From Octopus vulgaris (Eukaryota): DNA of 64,000 nt. The stretch covers positions 71,424,001 to 71,488,000 of the forward strand of contig OX597824.1 of the NCBI GenBank assembly GCA_951406725.2, given 5' to 3'. The position numbers were made by a program, and so were the translations under genes. This document shows, one piece after another, positions 38,836 to 54,701 of this stretch (positions are counted from its first letter, which is position 1; every line of letters begins with the position of its first letter). The notes beneath the pieces were generated by a model that worked only from the letters and a program-made list of their open reading frames with translations, was not told the origin of the DNA and did no database searches.

Positions 38836-40796
38836 TTGTATGAATATATTCGAGATTCCTCTATTCCGGTCTGTTTCTTCGATATAGACTTTGTTGTCAT
38901 AACTCCAATTAATTTTTAATTAACTATTGAGTATATTCAGTGAAACGTACCTGTTTTGTTTTTTTTCTTATTAGATGATGTGTATACTATGAAGCACACG
39001 TGTATCATGTATACATATAAAGATACACACACACACACCTGCATACATACATATACATATAAATACATACATATACACACACACCTGCATACACAGAATG
39101 AAACAGCGAATAGATAGTCGAAAATAAACGTATTGTTATGTATACGTATACACAAACGTATTAAGACGCGCGCGCGTGTGTGTATGTATGTATGTATCTC
39201 TCTCTCTATATATATATATAGAGAGAGAGAGAGGGTGAGGGAGGGAGAGAGAGAGAGAGAGAGATCCCATACGATGTGACGTGTGTTGAATATGCTTTCA
39301 CATCTCAGTTCTGAAATGTATGAAGAACGACAACAAACAAGAAAATGCGTGAAGGGAAATATCCCTTTTCTCCTCACGCAGTACGCGCACGCGCGCTCAC
39401 ACACACACACACACGTACACATGAGCTTGCATCAAGCACACACACACACATGTACACTTGTTGGCGTTGCTACGTCATCGTTTGTCGCATTAATAGTTGT
39501 AAATGTTAATCTTATTGAAATGTGTGGCGTCGGCGGTGAGGTGGTGACGACGGTACAGGCATCTGGTAGAATCCATCGTTTCGTTTATAAGCCCCCACCA
39601 CTTACGTTAATTATTTATACCTCTCTCTTTCTCTTTCTCTCTTTCTTTCTGTGTATGTATCTCTCTCGCCCTCTCTCTTTCTTTCTGTGTATGTCTCTCT
39701 CTCGCCCTCTCTCTCTCTGTCGCCCCCTCTCTCTCTCTCGTTCGTTGTTGTTCAGATGCAGGTCAACCCCCTGATCGTTTGAAAGACATTCCAATCGTGA
39801 CTATCACATCTTTTTTGATTTATTTGGGCACTGTGTATTAAGGATCCTATTATTTGCGACCTGTCCGTTTTTAAGCTAGGGTTCCAGCCAAGACCACCCC
39901 CATCTTTTGTAAAGAGTGTATTTCGCACTGCGTTATGTATGTAGTGTCGCTTTCACTTTTCTTTTTAAAGACGGTAGGGTGTGATCTGAGGGAGATTCAG
40001 TTGCTATTTTTAAAGGTCGAGCGACCACAGAAAGGGCCTTCGTTGCGAAAGCGTACACGTACACGTACGTGCTTACTGGTTCGCGATGTGTGAAGGAAGC
40101 TAGCAATGGTGATTAAACTAATAGTATTCATCAGAAACAGAATCTGCAGTCTTTAGCATGTGTATTGTTTGCGTGTATGCTCATGCCTCGAAAGCTTTCA
40201 ATAAAACCACTTTTTGCTATCACGGTCCGACGGGGGGAACCACGACGGGGGTCGTTCGAACTGCTTGAAACAGCAGCTAAATCCCTTCCAAAAACAAACT
40301 ACTGATTTTAAAAAAATAAGTCAAAGGACACGTTGGATTTCGGGATATACTGTTAAAGATGAGATAGTTTTGGGAAGTCTATTCGATTAGCATTGACCTC
40401 CAGTTTAAGCCACAACAATTATCTTGTGTTTGTGTGTAGCAGGCTTGCTCTGTGGCGTGCTACTGTGAAAGACCTGCATTGAAATAGTTAAAGCAGTTTC
40501 ATATTCGCGTGTATTCACATGTGAGGCATGCAATACTTACGGATTACATGTTTTTGCATGGGACTTTGTGTGTGTATGTGTACGTGTGTGTACGTGCGCG
40601 CAAATGCATGGCTTGTTCTTTGTGAGGTTACGGATGTACATTAAAACTCCAAATGTTTCAGCTGTGTGTACGTGGTCAACGGAGAATCGTGAAGCTCGAA
40701 GTAGCAACAGTAATTTAAGCTCTAAAGTAAATACCACCACTCTATATCGGTTGAATATTTTTTCCTATTGATTAAAAATTGAAACGTGTGCATGGA

Positions 40797-40858
<62 letters not shown>

Positions 40859-41361
40859 GAGGGGGAGGGATATGTTTCAACTGTTTCTTTAGATTTGTTC
40901 CTGCATCTGAGCTTTGAAATATCCATGTGTAAGCATGTACACACTGAAGCATCTCCCTGAACTCCTAGTGTTTGTATATTATCCTCTGTGTGTGTGTGTG
41001 TGTGTGTATGTATGCTGATTGTATGTATACCTTCTATTAAACGTAATTTTGTGCTTGTATTTTTAACACACACACTTGAACTATAAACATAAAAAACAAT
41101 ATTTATCTCTCATCCTCTGTGGTGTGTGTGTGTGTGTGTGTGTGTGGAAAATAGTACGGAGGGATAAGGGAATTTTTTTTTTTTTTCGGAGAAACGAAAA
41201 GAGTACCATTGGCTGTGCGCAAGTCTGATCCTTTTGTTAATTGTCTATTGGAAATTATCACAATTTTAGTAAAGACACGCAGAAATACACTGACGCATGC
41301 ACGCACATAAACATACACACGTGTAAGCAAGCAGGTGTATATGTACACGTGTAAAAATGTG

Positions 41362-41578
<217 letters not shown>

Positions 41579-42145
41579 GTGTGTGAATACATATTTATGA
41601 GTGTGTATAGTAGATACACTAACGATGGAGACGCAACACAGTAGTGGAATGGCCCTGAGCTCCTTCACTCCCACCGTATGCACACATTACTACAATTTGT
41701 CATTCACATATTTGCCTCCACTCTACATGCATTCCCTCTAACTCCACCTCCACTTAGCTCCCTTTCTTTCTCCTCCCCTTCCCCTCAACCCCTCTCTGCT
41801 TAAATGCTACTCTACATTCTTCCCTATTTCGCATGGTTACCATCCTTTACATATTCATTTCTAAAATAGTTTGTTCGACAGGGCGAGGTTGTGGGGGGGG
41901 GGGGGGTAGGAATCAACTCTTATTCTCCAATTTCCACTTGCGTTTCTGCGCGCGCGCGCGTGCGTGTGTGAGCTCTTTTGTTACCAGTAAAAAAAAAAAT
42001 AATAATTACTCTGCCCAGTACATGTATTAAACCCTCATTTGAACTATGGTCTTCCAAGCTCCCTATTGGACACTCACCCACCCACCAACATATACATACA
42101 CACAACACACGGTCTCAAATCAAATCACTTGCCTGGTATGTACAC

Positions 42146-42187
<42 letters not shown>

Positions 42188-43407
42188 TATAATACTGCTG
42201 ACATGACAAGGATTTATAGAAAAGCGGGTATATTCTGTATACTATACCCACCTTGGGATAGTCGTATTACTTAATCATTTTGCCATCCACTCCTCATGAA
42301 CGGAAGGATGGAAAAGTCTGTTCTGGTCGAGATTTCGATTCGATTCTAGTCACACCCCAAAGAAAGTTCCCTCCCTCCAACTGATTCGTACGAGGTCACT
42401 CGCGGACACTCCAAGCTCTGGTCACCAGGCGAATTGAGTCCTCTCTCTTCCTTTTATTTCCATCGTTAGTATAAAGTGCCTCTGCTCCTCAGCAGAGACA
42501 CCACATTTGTAGCTCAAGGGAAGGTTGACGATCTCAATGTATATTTATAAATATAACTAGGACTACGTGAATAGTTTGGGTTTGATCTGGAGAAGATTTG
42601 ATCGCTCTCCTCCTAGTAGGTCGAGCAACCACCTAGAAAGTTCCTCGTTAATTCGTACAAATCATCATCATCATCAAGAGAGAAGTGGAAGTAGCAGAAG
42701 CACTAGGCTAAAATATTGTATATATTTCAACTGTGTAGTTATTATTTTGATGTTTAGTTCATATTCCGCCCAAAGTTGACCGCCTTTATATCTTCTGGAA
42801 GTCGGTAGCATATCAGTCATGTACTTGGGTCGTCGAATCGATCGACCTGCGAGCTGGCTGAATAGTCAGAGCGTTCGACAAAATGCACAGCGGCTTTCCT
42901 TCCGACTCTTTACGTTCTGAGTTCAAAACCCGACGAGGTCGGCAATGCCGTTCATCTTTTCGGAGTAGATAAAATAAATATGAGTTGGAGCACTGGGATC
43001 GATGTAATCGACTAGGTCCCTCCCTCCAAATTCCAGGCTTTGTGCCCATAGTAGAAAGGATTATTACCATTGTAATAGTGGTGGTGGTGTTGCGGTGCCG
43101 AGTTGCATTCCTTGCAAAAGCCAAAAAAAGATCTTTCTTTTTGTGTTTTCTTTTGCTGGTTCCACAGTCAATTGCTTTGGTCCATCTCGTTTCCCTCCCA
43201 TCCAAAGACCATCATTTGTTTCGCATGATATTTTTGAAGTCCTCTTTTCACCACCACCACAAATGAATAAATAAAATCAGTCGAAATTAGAAAACATTTG
43301 CAAGTGAGAGGTGTTAACAGCTTCAGCGAATCAGTGTGTCCACTTAAGGAATCTATTTGTCGTCGTTATGGAAGCAGTGTAGTAGGTCGTCCTTGACTGG
43401 GAGATGG

Positions 43408-43456
<49 letters not shown>

Positions 43457-43869
43457 TTCATTATCATCTTTCCATCACCGAGCGCTCTTGCGAGACATGT
43501 TGCACAGCGTAAGTGGAGGTGATACGTGGAAAGGAGACGAGAGATGGAAGGTGGGGGCAACTTGAGAATTTGCGGGATCTGATTATGCTGTGTTGTTTCG
43601 CTCCAGGCCATCTCTCATCAAGCTGATCCATTATCAAATAAATGCATCGAAGCCATGATCCCTCCGATTTTTGGGGTTAATTATATTATCCCCCCCCCCC
43701 AAAAAAAAAAACCGGCAGGTGGCGATATAAGGGAGATTTTGGCTGCTGTTTCTAGTGACTCTTTCGAGAAATTACGCAGAGGTTCTCTTTGTTAGCTCGC
43801 TGATCACAAACATTATCACATAGGATTTATCGACATATTTGTATACACATCTGTGAATGTGTGGTGTTC

Positions 43870-44350
43870 TTAAAGTATAGAGTCGGAAATTACTGCACCA
43901 AAAACCATAATTTCTCCGGATGTGTCTGTTCTAAGTATCGAAGATTACGATTTTACTATAAATAAAGAAAAGGAGGGTGGTGGTGCTAAAAATTCTTTTT
44001 AATTTCTCAGATTTTATTTTGTTTAAAAAAAAAAAAAGAAAAAAAATTTTTTCTCCAGATTTATTTATGCTTCAAACATTTGAAATTATGATTTTTCAAA
44101 AAATATGCTTAACTTTTTAAAACACAAATTTGAAAAAAAAAAAAAAAAAAAAATGTTTTCGAAATTAGAAAACTGAAGTCAAACTGAAAAATGACGGAAG
44201 GGTGGGGCTAACCTCCCCCACTCAAGATAAAAAAAAAAAATTTTTAATATTTTTCGTGAAGAATCGTAATAAATGATTCTCAAAACATTAAACATCCGAA
44301 GTAATTATGGTTTTTGGCGCATTAGATAATCTCCGACTTTGTTCTTTAGG
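43870..44350. mobile_element. MITE-like element with ~95-bp inverted arms
   Basis: agtcggaaattactgcaccaaaaaccataatttctccggatgt vs acatccgaagtaattatggtttttggcgcattagataatctccgact. Confidence 0.75.
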
Positions 44351-45522
44351 GGCGTACGCATCCCCACGCGCTATATATATACATATATATACATACATAT
44401 ATATATATACCCCACACCATATATATATATATGGTGTGCAGTATATATATATGTGTATGTATGGCGTGGGGTATGTATGTATTTATATGGTTAGTGTTGA
44501 TTGTCGGAAAAAAGCGTACTCAGTACCATAGTAGAGCTTAATTTTTTTTATTAATCATTTCCCCTCCACCATCGTACCCTACGACACGAATCCTATATAT
44601 AGATGTGCAAATTCCACCGCTTCTACTGTCGTAACTCTTGCCTGAAGGCACTGCACCTATAAACGAAACTCGGGGTGGCAGGCTGACAGACTCGACCAAA
44701 ATTTACACACATACGTACACACACACGCGCACATACATAGGGTTATAATGTTTCGAGGAGAATGGTTAGTTGTAGCAAGAATGCCTTCCCCCAGCAGATT
44801 TGTCACTGAATGTGAAGTAGTCGGGAATAGATTAAAATGAATTGGCTCCTTTCGCTAAAAACTGAGCCTAAAACCCAGCTATTTAAGGTTCGAGGTAGGG
44901 ATGTGATTCATTCGCAAGGCTGAGGTGCCTTAGCATTATTAGCTTTCAACAATTCATGGTGTTTTACTCCCTTTTACACACACATTCATTCACATATGCC
45001 ACTCCCTTGTGCATGTGTGCGCGCACACACATACACACTCACACACACTGCATAGCCCATTCAAATCTCATACACACATCCATTTCGGTGTGTGCTGTGC
45101 TCACGAATACGGATGCTTGCAGAACACGCACACGTCCAGTCCTGCACGCACATATATATATACACCTACAAGTTGCAATAACGGAAGATAAATCTGTGTG
45201 GAAAGAGAGAGAGAGAGAGAGATTAAGTGATAGTCTTCTATGGGTGATCACTATTTCTAGGAAACATGCAACCTATTAAATTGTAGCATGTATAGCAGTT
45301 TATCTGATACAAACATGCGCAGTATGAATGGAAAGATTTTTTTTTTTTGCATTTCTGTGCGCACGCGCGTAGAGTGCTATCTCCCACTCCTCACGCATAC
45401 ATATTCTCACTCTCTTTCCACACACTCTCCCTCTTTGACGCACACATACACAGTAGTACAAACACACATAAAAAAAAAAACCTAATTGGGAACCACCCAA
45501 TTCAGTACCAGCGTGGATGTTT

Positions 45523-45589
<67 letters not shown>

Positions 45590-46129
45590 AATACCACACG
45601 CATGCATTCTTGTGCGAGCCTTTGTGCACATGTACACGCACACATGTAAAACACATAACCATACTTCTGTGTGTATTCTATAAACATTGCACATTTTGAA
45701 TCTCTCCACAAATAATATTTCACTTTATTTCCATGACTTTAGCGTTAACGTATATTCGGATTAGGGAGGTTTCCGTTTCTGTCTCTCTTTTTCTTATTCC
45801 CCCCCCCCCCTTCTCCCCTTCTTTAATCGCCGTTGCCCTGTTAATAATCATAAAGATGAATGCCCTATTCTTGAAATCAAGTACCACCCTTCTACAAAAC
45901 ATGGTGGATACCCTTCGAAAGAAGTGAACCAAATGCAATGTTTATGGGGACGTTTTGAACTAGTAACCCCTACCCCTGGTTCTAGATCTACTCCCATGTT
46001 AACTGTTACACACACATACACAGTTGAATGACTTAAATATTCTCTGTTCAACGTCTAATATTTGAAAATTTTATCCAGGCGCTTCTGTTCTTTAGCTTAG
46101 CTGTGTGTGTGTAGACATGTATAATGTAT

Positions 46130-46133
46130 ACAA

Positions 46134-46173
<40 letters not shown>

Positions 46174-46561
46174 TATGCATATAGATGTGTATATATACAT
46201 ATTAATGTATATAACGTGTATGTATGTATGTATGTATGTATATATATATATATATATAGTATGTTTATGCATATAGATGTGTATATATACATAGTAATGT
46301 ATATAACGTGTATGCATGTGTGTATATATATATATATATAGTATGTTTATGCATATAGATGTGTATATATATACATAGTAATGTATATAACGTGTATGTA
46401 TGTATATATATATATTGTATGTTTATGCGTATATATATATATTAATTTATATAACGAGTATGTGTGTGTGTATATATTATATATATATGTATATATGTGT
46501 ATATATATGTATGTGTATATATGTATATATATGTATGTGTATATATATATATATATATGTA

Positions 46562-46609
<48 letters not shown>

Positions 46610-46610
46610 C
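46130..46610 (+). repeat. (TA)-rich compound repeat with 3-4 higher-order ~85-bp units
   Basis: Repeated tttatgcatatagatgtgtatatatacata...aatgtatataacgtgtatg. Confidence 0.9.
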
Positions 46611-46886
46611 ACATACACGCACTGGCAAATAGAAATTGGAAACAAGTGAGAGAATTCGTGTCAAGGAATGAGAAAAAGGTGGAGGGAGGGGGGATACTTG
46701 AGCAGTCATAATTTGTCGTTACTGCTTTTTTGTCTTTTTCTTTCGTCTACTTACTTAAAAGTACATACGTATGTGTACACACGCACATACACACGTAATA
46801 TCAGTAGCTAGACTCTGCGCATATCTGATTTTTATATTGCTGATAATAATGATTAGGCCCAAGGCCGCAAAATCAGAAAAGGAGAC

Positions 46887-46917
<31 letters not shown>

Positions 46918-47157
46918 GTGAGGGACAGAGAGACAGACAGGCAGGCAGGCAGACTTGTCTGATTCTGATGTACGTTTGTATCTTTTCTTAGGGGTGGCGG
47001 TGTGGTTGGTGGTTATTACTTAATGAATTATTTATTTTACTTGTTTGTTATTTGCCACAAGAGCAGCGAGGAGGATAAAGGACATTTAGAGGGAGAGAGA
47101 TGGAACAACGAAACCGAGCCGAGATGCGAGAGTAAGGTCCGCGTTACGTTGTCGGAA

Positions 47158-47174
47158 ACTACTACTACTACTAT

Positions 47175-47212
<38 letters not shown>

Positions 47213-47252
47213 ATAATAATAATAATAATAATAGTAATAATGATGATGATGA
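47158..47252 (+). repeat. Compound (ACT)n(AAT)n(GAT)n microsatellite
   Basis: Directly visible. Confidence 0.95.
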
Positions 47253-48225
47253 TTCCATATAATGACCCACCCTCTTCATTGCTTTGTGTGTGATGACAAT
47301 AAATACGAAAATAAAAATTTCTGCTGCGGCTACAGGGTGGGGTTTCTCCTCCTTTTCAGAGAAATTGAACCGCGTACCTCTCTTATCAACATGTATTATT
47401 AAGAAACTCAGACAGAGAAGACATGTATGTAATATTTCCTTTATATATGTAATCACGAATTCACGCTCTGTGCATATTTGACGCCGCCGAAAGCCTATAC
47501 AGGCAAAACGTTTTATACACACATACATATGTATGTATATATATATATATATATGATTTAGTATTCACATTGCCCTTGCATCCATCATTCATCTCCGTTC
47601 GCCTCCATTTTTACTGTTGATGCTTGCATCTCTCTGCCTTACCACCTCTGCATGCATGCGTGCGTTACACACACATATATATATATATGTATATATGTAC
47701 ATGTATGTTATATTTGTGTATCGACACGCACGCAAGCACGCGTGTGTATCTGAATATATATCTGTCTGTCTATTTGTTAAATTAGCTGTCGTTTTCTGCT
47801 CTGTATTATCTGTCTGCTCTATTTATATCTACTATATATAATAATGTGTGCTGGCTTTCGCTGTTTATCCCCGGGCCAGCTCTGATCGAGCAGTCCTTGA
47901 TCAAGGGAAATCGTCTCAATCGTTGACTATGCAGTGTGTGAGTGTGTGTGTGTGTGTATCAGGTACTATACTCCTTAATGTATTCCCCTTGATTTAAGAC
48001 GGTAGTATGCAATTTTAGAGAAAATTGGCTGCTATTTCTAGTACTTCGAACAACCACGTAGAAGTTCCCTTGCTTGTTCATATCTGTGTGTGTGTATGCG
48101 TGCGCGCGTGCTCCCCTCATCTTTCTCTTAGTGTCTGCGCGCGCGCGCGTGGGACATGCGTGTTCAGGCATCTTTGGGTGTTTCTTGTTGCATTAGCATT
48201 CCCTGTCGCTGTGTACGCGTGTGTG

Positions 48226-48271
<46 letters not shown>

Positions 48272-51200
48272 CTTTTGTTGTTTATAGGTTCATGGTGTGA
48301 ATCATGAGCCTAAAAATTACGTAAAGGGTACACGTGTCTTTGGAATACTTGGCTACTTAACCTTAATTTAGCGAGTAGGTTGTTCACATTTGATTGAATA
48401 ACTGAAAGCTCATCGTCTAAACTGACGGAAAATCCATCAGATTCATGAGTATCGCGATATATATGACTATGTATATATATTTGCACATATTGTATGCATA
48501 ATTATGTTCATATATAGGGCATGAATTTGTATGCGTAAATATTTGCATGTGTGTCTAACTCTAAACGTATACAAATTATATACAACCCCTGCGTATGTGT
48601 GTGTTTGTGTGCGCGCGCGTATGCATATTGAATTTTTATTTTAATCAGGAGAGAAGGTAGTGCCCATGTCCTTTTAAAGAACCTCTGGGGCTAGTAGGAG
48701 GGAGGAAGATACCCTAACCTTGAATGCTTACGACAGAGTAGACTCCTAAAGACACCAAAGGTACCAGGTAGGTGTGTTAAACTGAATAACGGGTTAAGTG
48801 TATCACTGAAGTAGATCATGGTAGGATTTGAACTCAGAACAGAAAGAACTAGGACAAATGCCTCATTGCGTCTGGTTCTGCGTTCTCACATTTGCGTCAA
48901 CCTACAAACTACTTTTTTTTTTTTTTATTGTCCCTGAAAGGATGAAATACAAATTTGACCTCAGCAGGATTTGAACTCAGAGCACTGAGTCAGAGCAAAT
49001 ACTGCAAAGCATTCTGTCCATTGTCCTAATGACTGATAATTTACCACTGTTGATGTTTGTGTAAATATATGTTGCTACTTTTATTTATGTGAGTGTATGC
49101 ATATGTTTTTATTAGTTGTTAGGAAAGGCAGGAAGAGTTGTACCTATAGACTTTACAGATCTTTCCAGACTTCGGGATAACCAAATTGAATTAATGATAA
49201 TATTTATTACATGCCCAAGTGTCTCAAGAACAATGTACTACTAGTAATGTAGTAAAATGAATGAGGTTTGCAATCAATCATGCTTTTGCAGAAACTATAA
49301 GGGTCACTGAAGAAAGAAACAGGTTCAAGATGGTACAAAGAGTGGTTATATGTATTGTCTTCAAGTTTGTGTGTTATCCACCATATCTGTCAGTATTTAC
49401 ATGTAGAAAGAAGGAAGTTCATGTAGAGGGTTTGGTGAGGATAGGACCAGATTGAAAACAAATTCAAAGGTAAGGACAGAGATGGTTGTTGTTGCTGTTT
49501 AGACCCTACAGTCTGCCTTGATTAAGTAAATGCCTATGCTACAAGGCATGCTAGTCTTGATCATCTTGGCTTTTTTTTTCTACATAATGAATCTAGGACC
49601 ACATTAACTAGAGTATTCTTTTTCTAAAGACTAGGAAATTTGTAGGAAATCTAGTTGCTATTTCTAGTAAGTCCAACAGCCACATAATTTCCCTCATTAG
49701 TGTACATATAACCTTTTATACTCTTGAACAACCATCATCATCATTTTAATGTCCACTTTTCTTATGCTTACATGGGTTGAACATAGTTTATTGAAGCAGA
49801 TTTTCTATGGCTACATGCCCTTCCTGTTGCCAACCCTTACCAACTTCCAAGCAAGGTAATATTTCCCCATGGTTAGACATGTTTTTGCAGAATATTGGAA
49901 ATGAATAACATTTATTTACAACAATCACTGTGATGTTGAGACAAGAAGATACAAATATGCACACTCTTTTGTAAATAAGCCTTAAAAATCCTCTTATATG
50001 TAACTTAACCCCAGATTTTAAAAAATATTAAAAAACATTTTGTATTTCAAAATTTACCTCTGGAGTAGAAAATGTAATCACATAGGGTATGTTGTATGCA
50101 TTATATACAGACCTGAAACCTTCACTGACGCTGATTTCACAGTAAAACATTGCACAGATTTACCCTAATCTGACACCTCATCATCATTTATATCACTTTC
50201 TAACTCCACTCCAGACCTCTACCCTCTCTTCTAAAATGTGAGTGGTGATGTCACTCCTCTACAGCAAAAAAAAAAAAAAAAACCTGCTCTGTTCTGGCCT
50301 GCTCTTTCTCTCATACCTTACCCCTCTCTACCCCTTATCCTCTTAACACAGTGTCCTCTCTCCACTCAGGGTTCATAGTCTTGCATGGTGCCTGGCAACC
50401 TCACCAGCACTTTTAAAAAAACCCAACACCTGCTGTAAAGTGGTTGCCATTAAGAAAGGTATCCAGCTGTAGAAATCATTCTAAACAAATACTGGAGCAC
50501 AATGCAGTCCTTAGGTCCATCAAATCCTGTCATACAGGCCAACCCATGCCAACATGGAACACAAACATTAAATACTGCTGATAACGATGAATTGCTCAAT
50601 GAAGCTATTTCCTATTTTGTCTATAGACATTAGCTCTTTATATTTTCCTTGTAAGACATTTTTTTTTTGTTTTGGTTTTATTTTGTGTTTAATTTTTTTG
50701 ATAAATTTATAACATTAATGTGTGTACATAGAGAAACGATTTCATTAGCATATTATAGTTCTTGTAACTTCTCTATCTCACACATAGACATGATGGACTT
50801 CCATACAATTTGTGTCTATCAATTTTACTCACAAGACTTGGTCAACCTGAGGCTATAGTAGAAAACATTGCCCAACATGCCACACACAGTGAGATGGAAC
50901 CCAAAACTTCATGGTTATGAAGTAAAATTCATAGCCACACAGCCATGGCTGAGCATATGATATATCATGTCTACGTTTCCATGCTTGCATGGGTCAGGAG
51001 GAGTTTACTGAGGTAGATGTTTTATAGCCAGGTACTCTTAATGTCATCAACCTTCAACTGTTTCCAAGCAAGTCATGTCTATGCAGGATGTTGGAAATGA
51101 ATGGCTCTGCTCATTTATAACTGTTATGCAATGTCAAGAAAAAGACACACAAGTATATACACATTCACACTCATATACATATATACGATAGAATTCTTTC

Positions 51201-51866
51201 AATTTCCATCTACCAAATCCACTCACAAGACTTTGGTTGACCTGGTACATGGAAACTGAAAGAAGCCTGCCATATGTTATATATGTGTGTGTGTATTACC
51301 GTCTCCTCGCCTTCACATCACATGATAGTTGTAACTGAATGTCACAGTCATGCAAGTGGTGTCCTTTATTGGACACCCTTGCATGATGGTGAATTTCATT
51401 TCTAATATTCTATGAAAACATGTCTGGATGTGGGAAATATTACTTTATTTGGAAACAGCTGAGAGTTGGCGACACGAAGGGCATCTGGCTGTAGAAAATC
51501 AGCCTCTAAAAGTCCTGTCTGACCCATAAGAGCATGGAAAAGCAAGCATTGAAAATGATGATTTTACATATATATATATATATAATATGAATACAAGAGT
51601 TATACATGAGGTACTTCAAGTTTCAGGCTCAGATAATGTAGCCATTGGATGGGCTTGTATAGCATACCCTGCATGATCCAGACTTCTCTTTCTGCTCTTC
51701 TGGACATACAGTGATGATGATAATTTACCATTTCTTAGATTTATATTATGCTTTCTTTCCACTGTCAAAGGACTCCAAAACTATTCAGTTTGCTCTCACT
51801 TTTCATCTTTACAGTGAAACTGAACATACTTTATTTTCAGGGAGAAAGTGGGAGAAGAGATTCGTT

Positions 51867-52200
51867 CATCGTTTAACGTCCGCTTTCCATGTTAGCATGG
51901 GTTGGACGATTTGACTGAGGTCTGGCGAACCAGGTGGCTGCACCAAACTCCAATCTGATCTGGCAGAGTTACTACAGCTGGATGCCCTTCCTAATGCCAA
52001 CCACTCTGAGAGTGTAGTGGGTGCTTTTACGTGCCACCAGCACGAGCGCCAGTTAGGTGGTACTGGCAACGGCCACACTCAAATGGTGCTTTTTATGTGC
52101 CACTTGCACAGGAGCCAGTCCAGCGGCAGTGGCAACGACCTCGTTCGAATGTTTTTTTTTTCATGTGCCACCAGCACAAGTGCTAGTAAAGCAATGCAGG
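51867..52200 (-). mobile_element. RTE 3'-tail-related SINE / LINE tail (representative of a multi-copy family)
   Basis: catcgtttaacgtccgctttccatg...ggatgcccttcctaatgccaaccactc. Other copies at ~1340, 2740, 7850, 11440, 23450, 35815, 50390, 56900 and 58283. Confidence 0.85.
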
Positions 52201-54673
52201 TAATGATTGATGTGAAATAATTGTTTCTAGCATGGGCACAAGGCCTGAAATTTGTAGAGGTGATTTAATTGGTTACACAGAACCAATTACTTGATTGATA
52301 TTTCATTTTAACCACCCTAAAAGGATGAAAGACAAAGTTTATCTCAGTGGGAATTGAACTCAGAAAGTAATGACCCATAACTAAGCTGCCTTGAGACTTT
52401 TTTTTCTTTTTGCACTAACAGTTCTGCCTACAATGTGCTGTTGTCTAGTTCCAGGTCACCCCAAAAGAATGAAAGACAAAGCTGACTTTGGTAGGATTTG
52501 AACTTAGAAAGTAATACCTTGAGATATTTCATTTGCTCGCAAGGTACTTGTGTCTAATCCCAGTGCAGTCCTGATTGAGCTAACTTTTGATCAAAGGTGA
52601 TCCAACCAAGCTCATTCTGCCTTCTTGTGTGTAAGGAACCTTCAATGCTCAGTGTACCCTTTAAGATGATTGGTTGTGATTTAAGGAAGTTTTAGTTTCT
52701 ATTTTTAACGTGTCATGTGATCATGTCAAGGGTTCTTTGTTGGTTTATAGTCAAGTCAAAACTGTTTGTGTTGTACTCGGGTAACCAAAAGAAAAAAAAA
52801 ATATGAGAAAGAATGTTGATGATTGAAAGCGATTGTTTTAAACTAAAAACAGTATTGTTGGTAGTCTATTTATTGACACATTGTAATTTGGTGGTGATAG
52901 TAATAATAAATATAATAATGGTTTCTTAGATTTTTAAACGTGTAATTAGTCCTTGTTTTTTTACTCTGCTTGTTTTATGTTATTACAAACTTCTCTTGTA
53001 CATAAATAGGACAATTTATTCATGTGGGGTTAGAAATAACAACAGTTATCAGTACCGTTACCAACATTCCCACCACGTTTCTGTTTTTAACTGAAGTTTT
53101 GTTGATTCATTTCTCCCTGTTGTGTACTTGTTGGATATGTCCTTACTATCATTTAATCTTCAGTTATCTCTGTCCTTTTTAATTCTCTTATTTTTTTATT
53201 ATCAAATCTTTCACCCCCACCGCTCCATCGACACACATATTTGTGCTTAGTCATGAGATCTCTTAATTACTGTTGTTGTTTCAGAAGAAAGATGGACTAT
53301 TTACTTAAAGCATTTTTTTTACAAATTCCTCTTTGTGAGTATTGGTTGGATGATTCTGTCAATTTGGATGTTTATATGCAGATAAACACATTCTCAAAGA
53401 TCCTCAAAGAAAAATAATGCTCATTATTAATTGTTAAGACTTCACCAGAAGCAGTGTCTTGTTTCGATTGTATGACATTACATGAAACTGAAATAATTGT
53501 TCACCTCAATAACCACTCTATCACAGATGATATTCTCAATATTTAGTCCCAGTTTCATAAAATGCTACCCAAGTCATAGATATTTCAATATCATACTGAG
53601 ACCACAAAATATCACTACCTACAACAGATTTGAATTTGGGATCTATAAATTGGTAGACTATTCGATAATCCTCTTGTTCATGCCATCTCTACAGAGTGTG
53701 CCATTGTGGTATGTTATAGGTTTCCAAAGTATGCATTAGATTAATGTGCATTTATAATGGTATATTGTCATGCATTAATTGTTTAAGCCTGCAGTTCAGT
53801 AGAATAAAAACATATTCAGCTCTATTTGATCTGCTGGTTGAGCTAATGTGGGAGCCCTATATGGTCACACAGCCTTCCAGAAATAGCAACTATATCTCTC
53901 TCAAATCTGAAAAAAAATGTGGATGGTCATATTGGATCATGTAATCCTAGAAAGGTAATGTTTGGTGCTACTTTAACATGGCTGTTCCATACGGAATGAT
54001 GTTACTACTATTTTTTAACCCCCAGGAGAACATCTCCAGTTGGTTAACAACACAACCTATGTCTGATATATTGCATGCAGGGGAGTGAACCTCTAGTCAA
54101 AAATATACAAAAACAGGTGTTCACAGCAAGAACACCTTTCATTATAGGTTTTCACAATCAGAACTGACTTGGACTTCAACAAGTAGCAGTCATTGACTTA
54201 ACCAACCAAATATATCTTACCACCCCTGACTATAACTTCACATTGTTGTGTGAAATCTATATTATTTATTTATAAAATGCTACTACTACTTTTAGCATAA
54301 CTATTAATGGCTATGGATGTAGGCTTTGTCGAGTAATTAAGGAGTTGGCATCTTGGATTGGTGTTTTTTCTTACTAGAACCATGGGTTGATTGAAATCTT
54401 GTAAGTGAATTTGTGTGTAAATGAAAGCCTTCTGGATGGTTTGTATCTGTATTTCAAAGAAGTGTCTAGCTTTGGCATAAACTGTATCATGTTAATTTAA
54501 CATAAGGATTACATTAAAGGTACTTGTGTCTGTGGAATATACAGTCATTTACATGTTAAAAATAATGAGTGAACAGTTCAGTTAATCAAACCACTGAATA
54601 CTCATCATTGAAACAACTAAAAGACCCATCATCATCATTATCACTAATAAACTATTGTCTTATTTTATTTCAG

Positions 54674-54701
54674 ATTTAGAAAAGCAAGATTGTAGGCTGA
54701 C
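54674..54701 (+). other. AKT: 5' UTR part of the AKT start-codon exon (implies one or more upstream non-coding exons)
   Basis: The exon begins at a splice acceptor rather than a promoter, 28 nt before the ATG. Confidence 0.75.
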
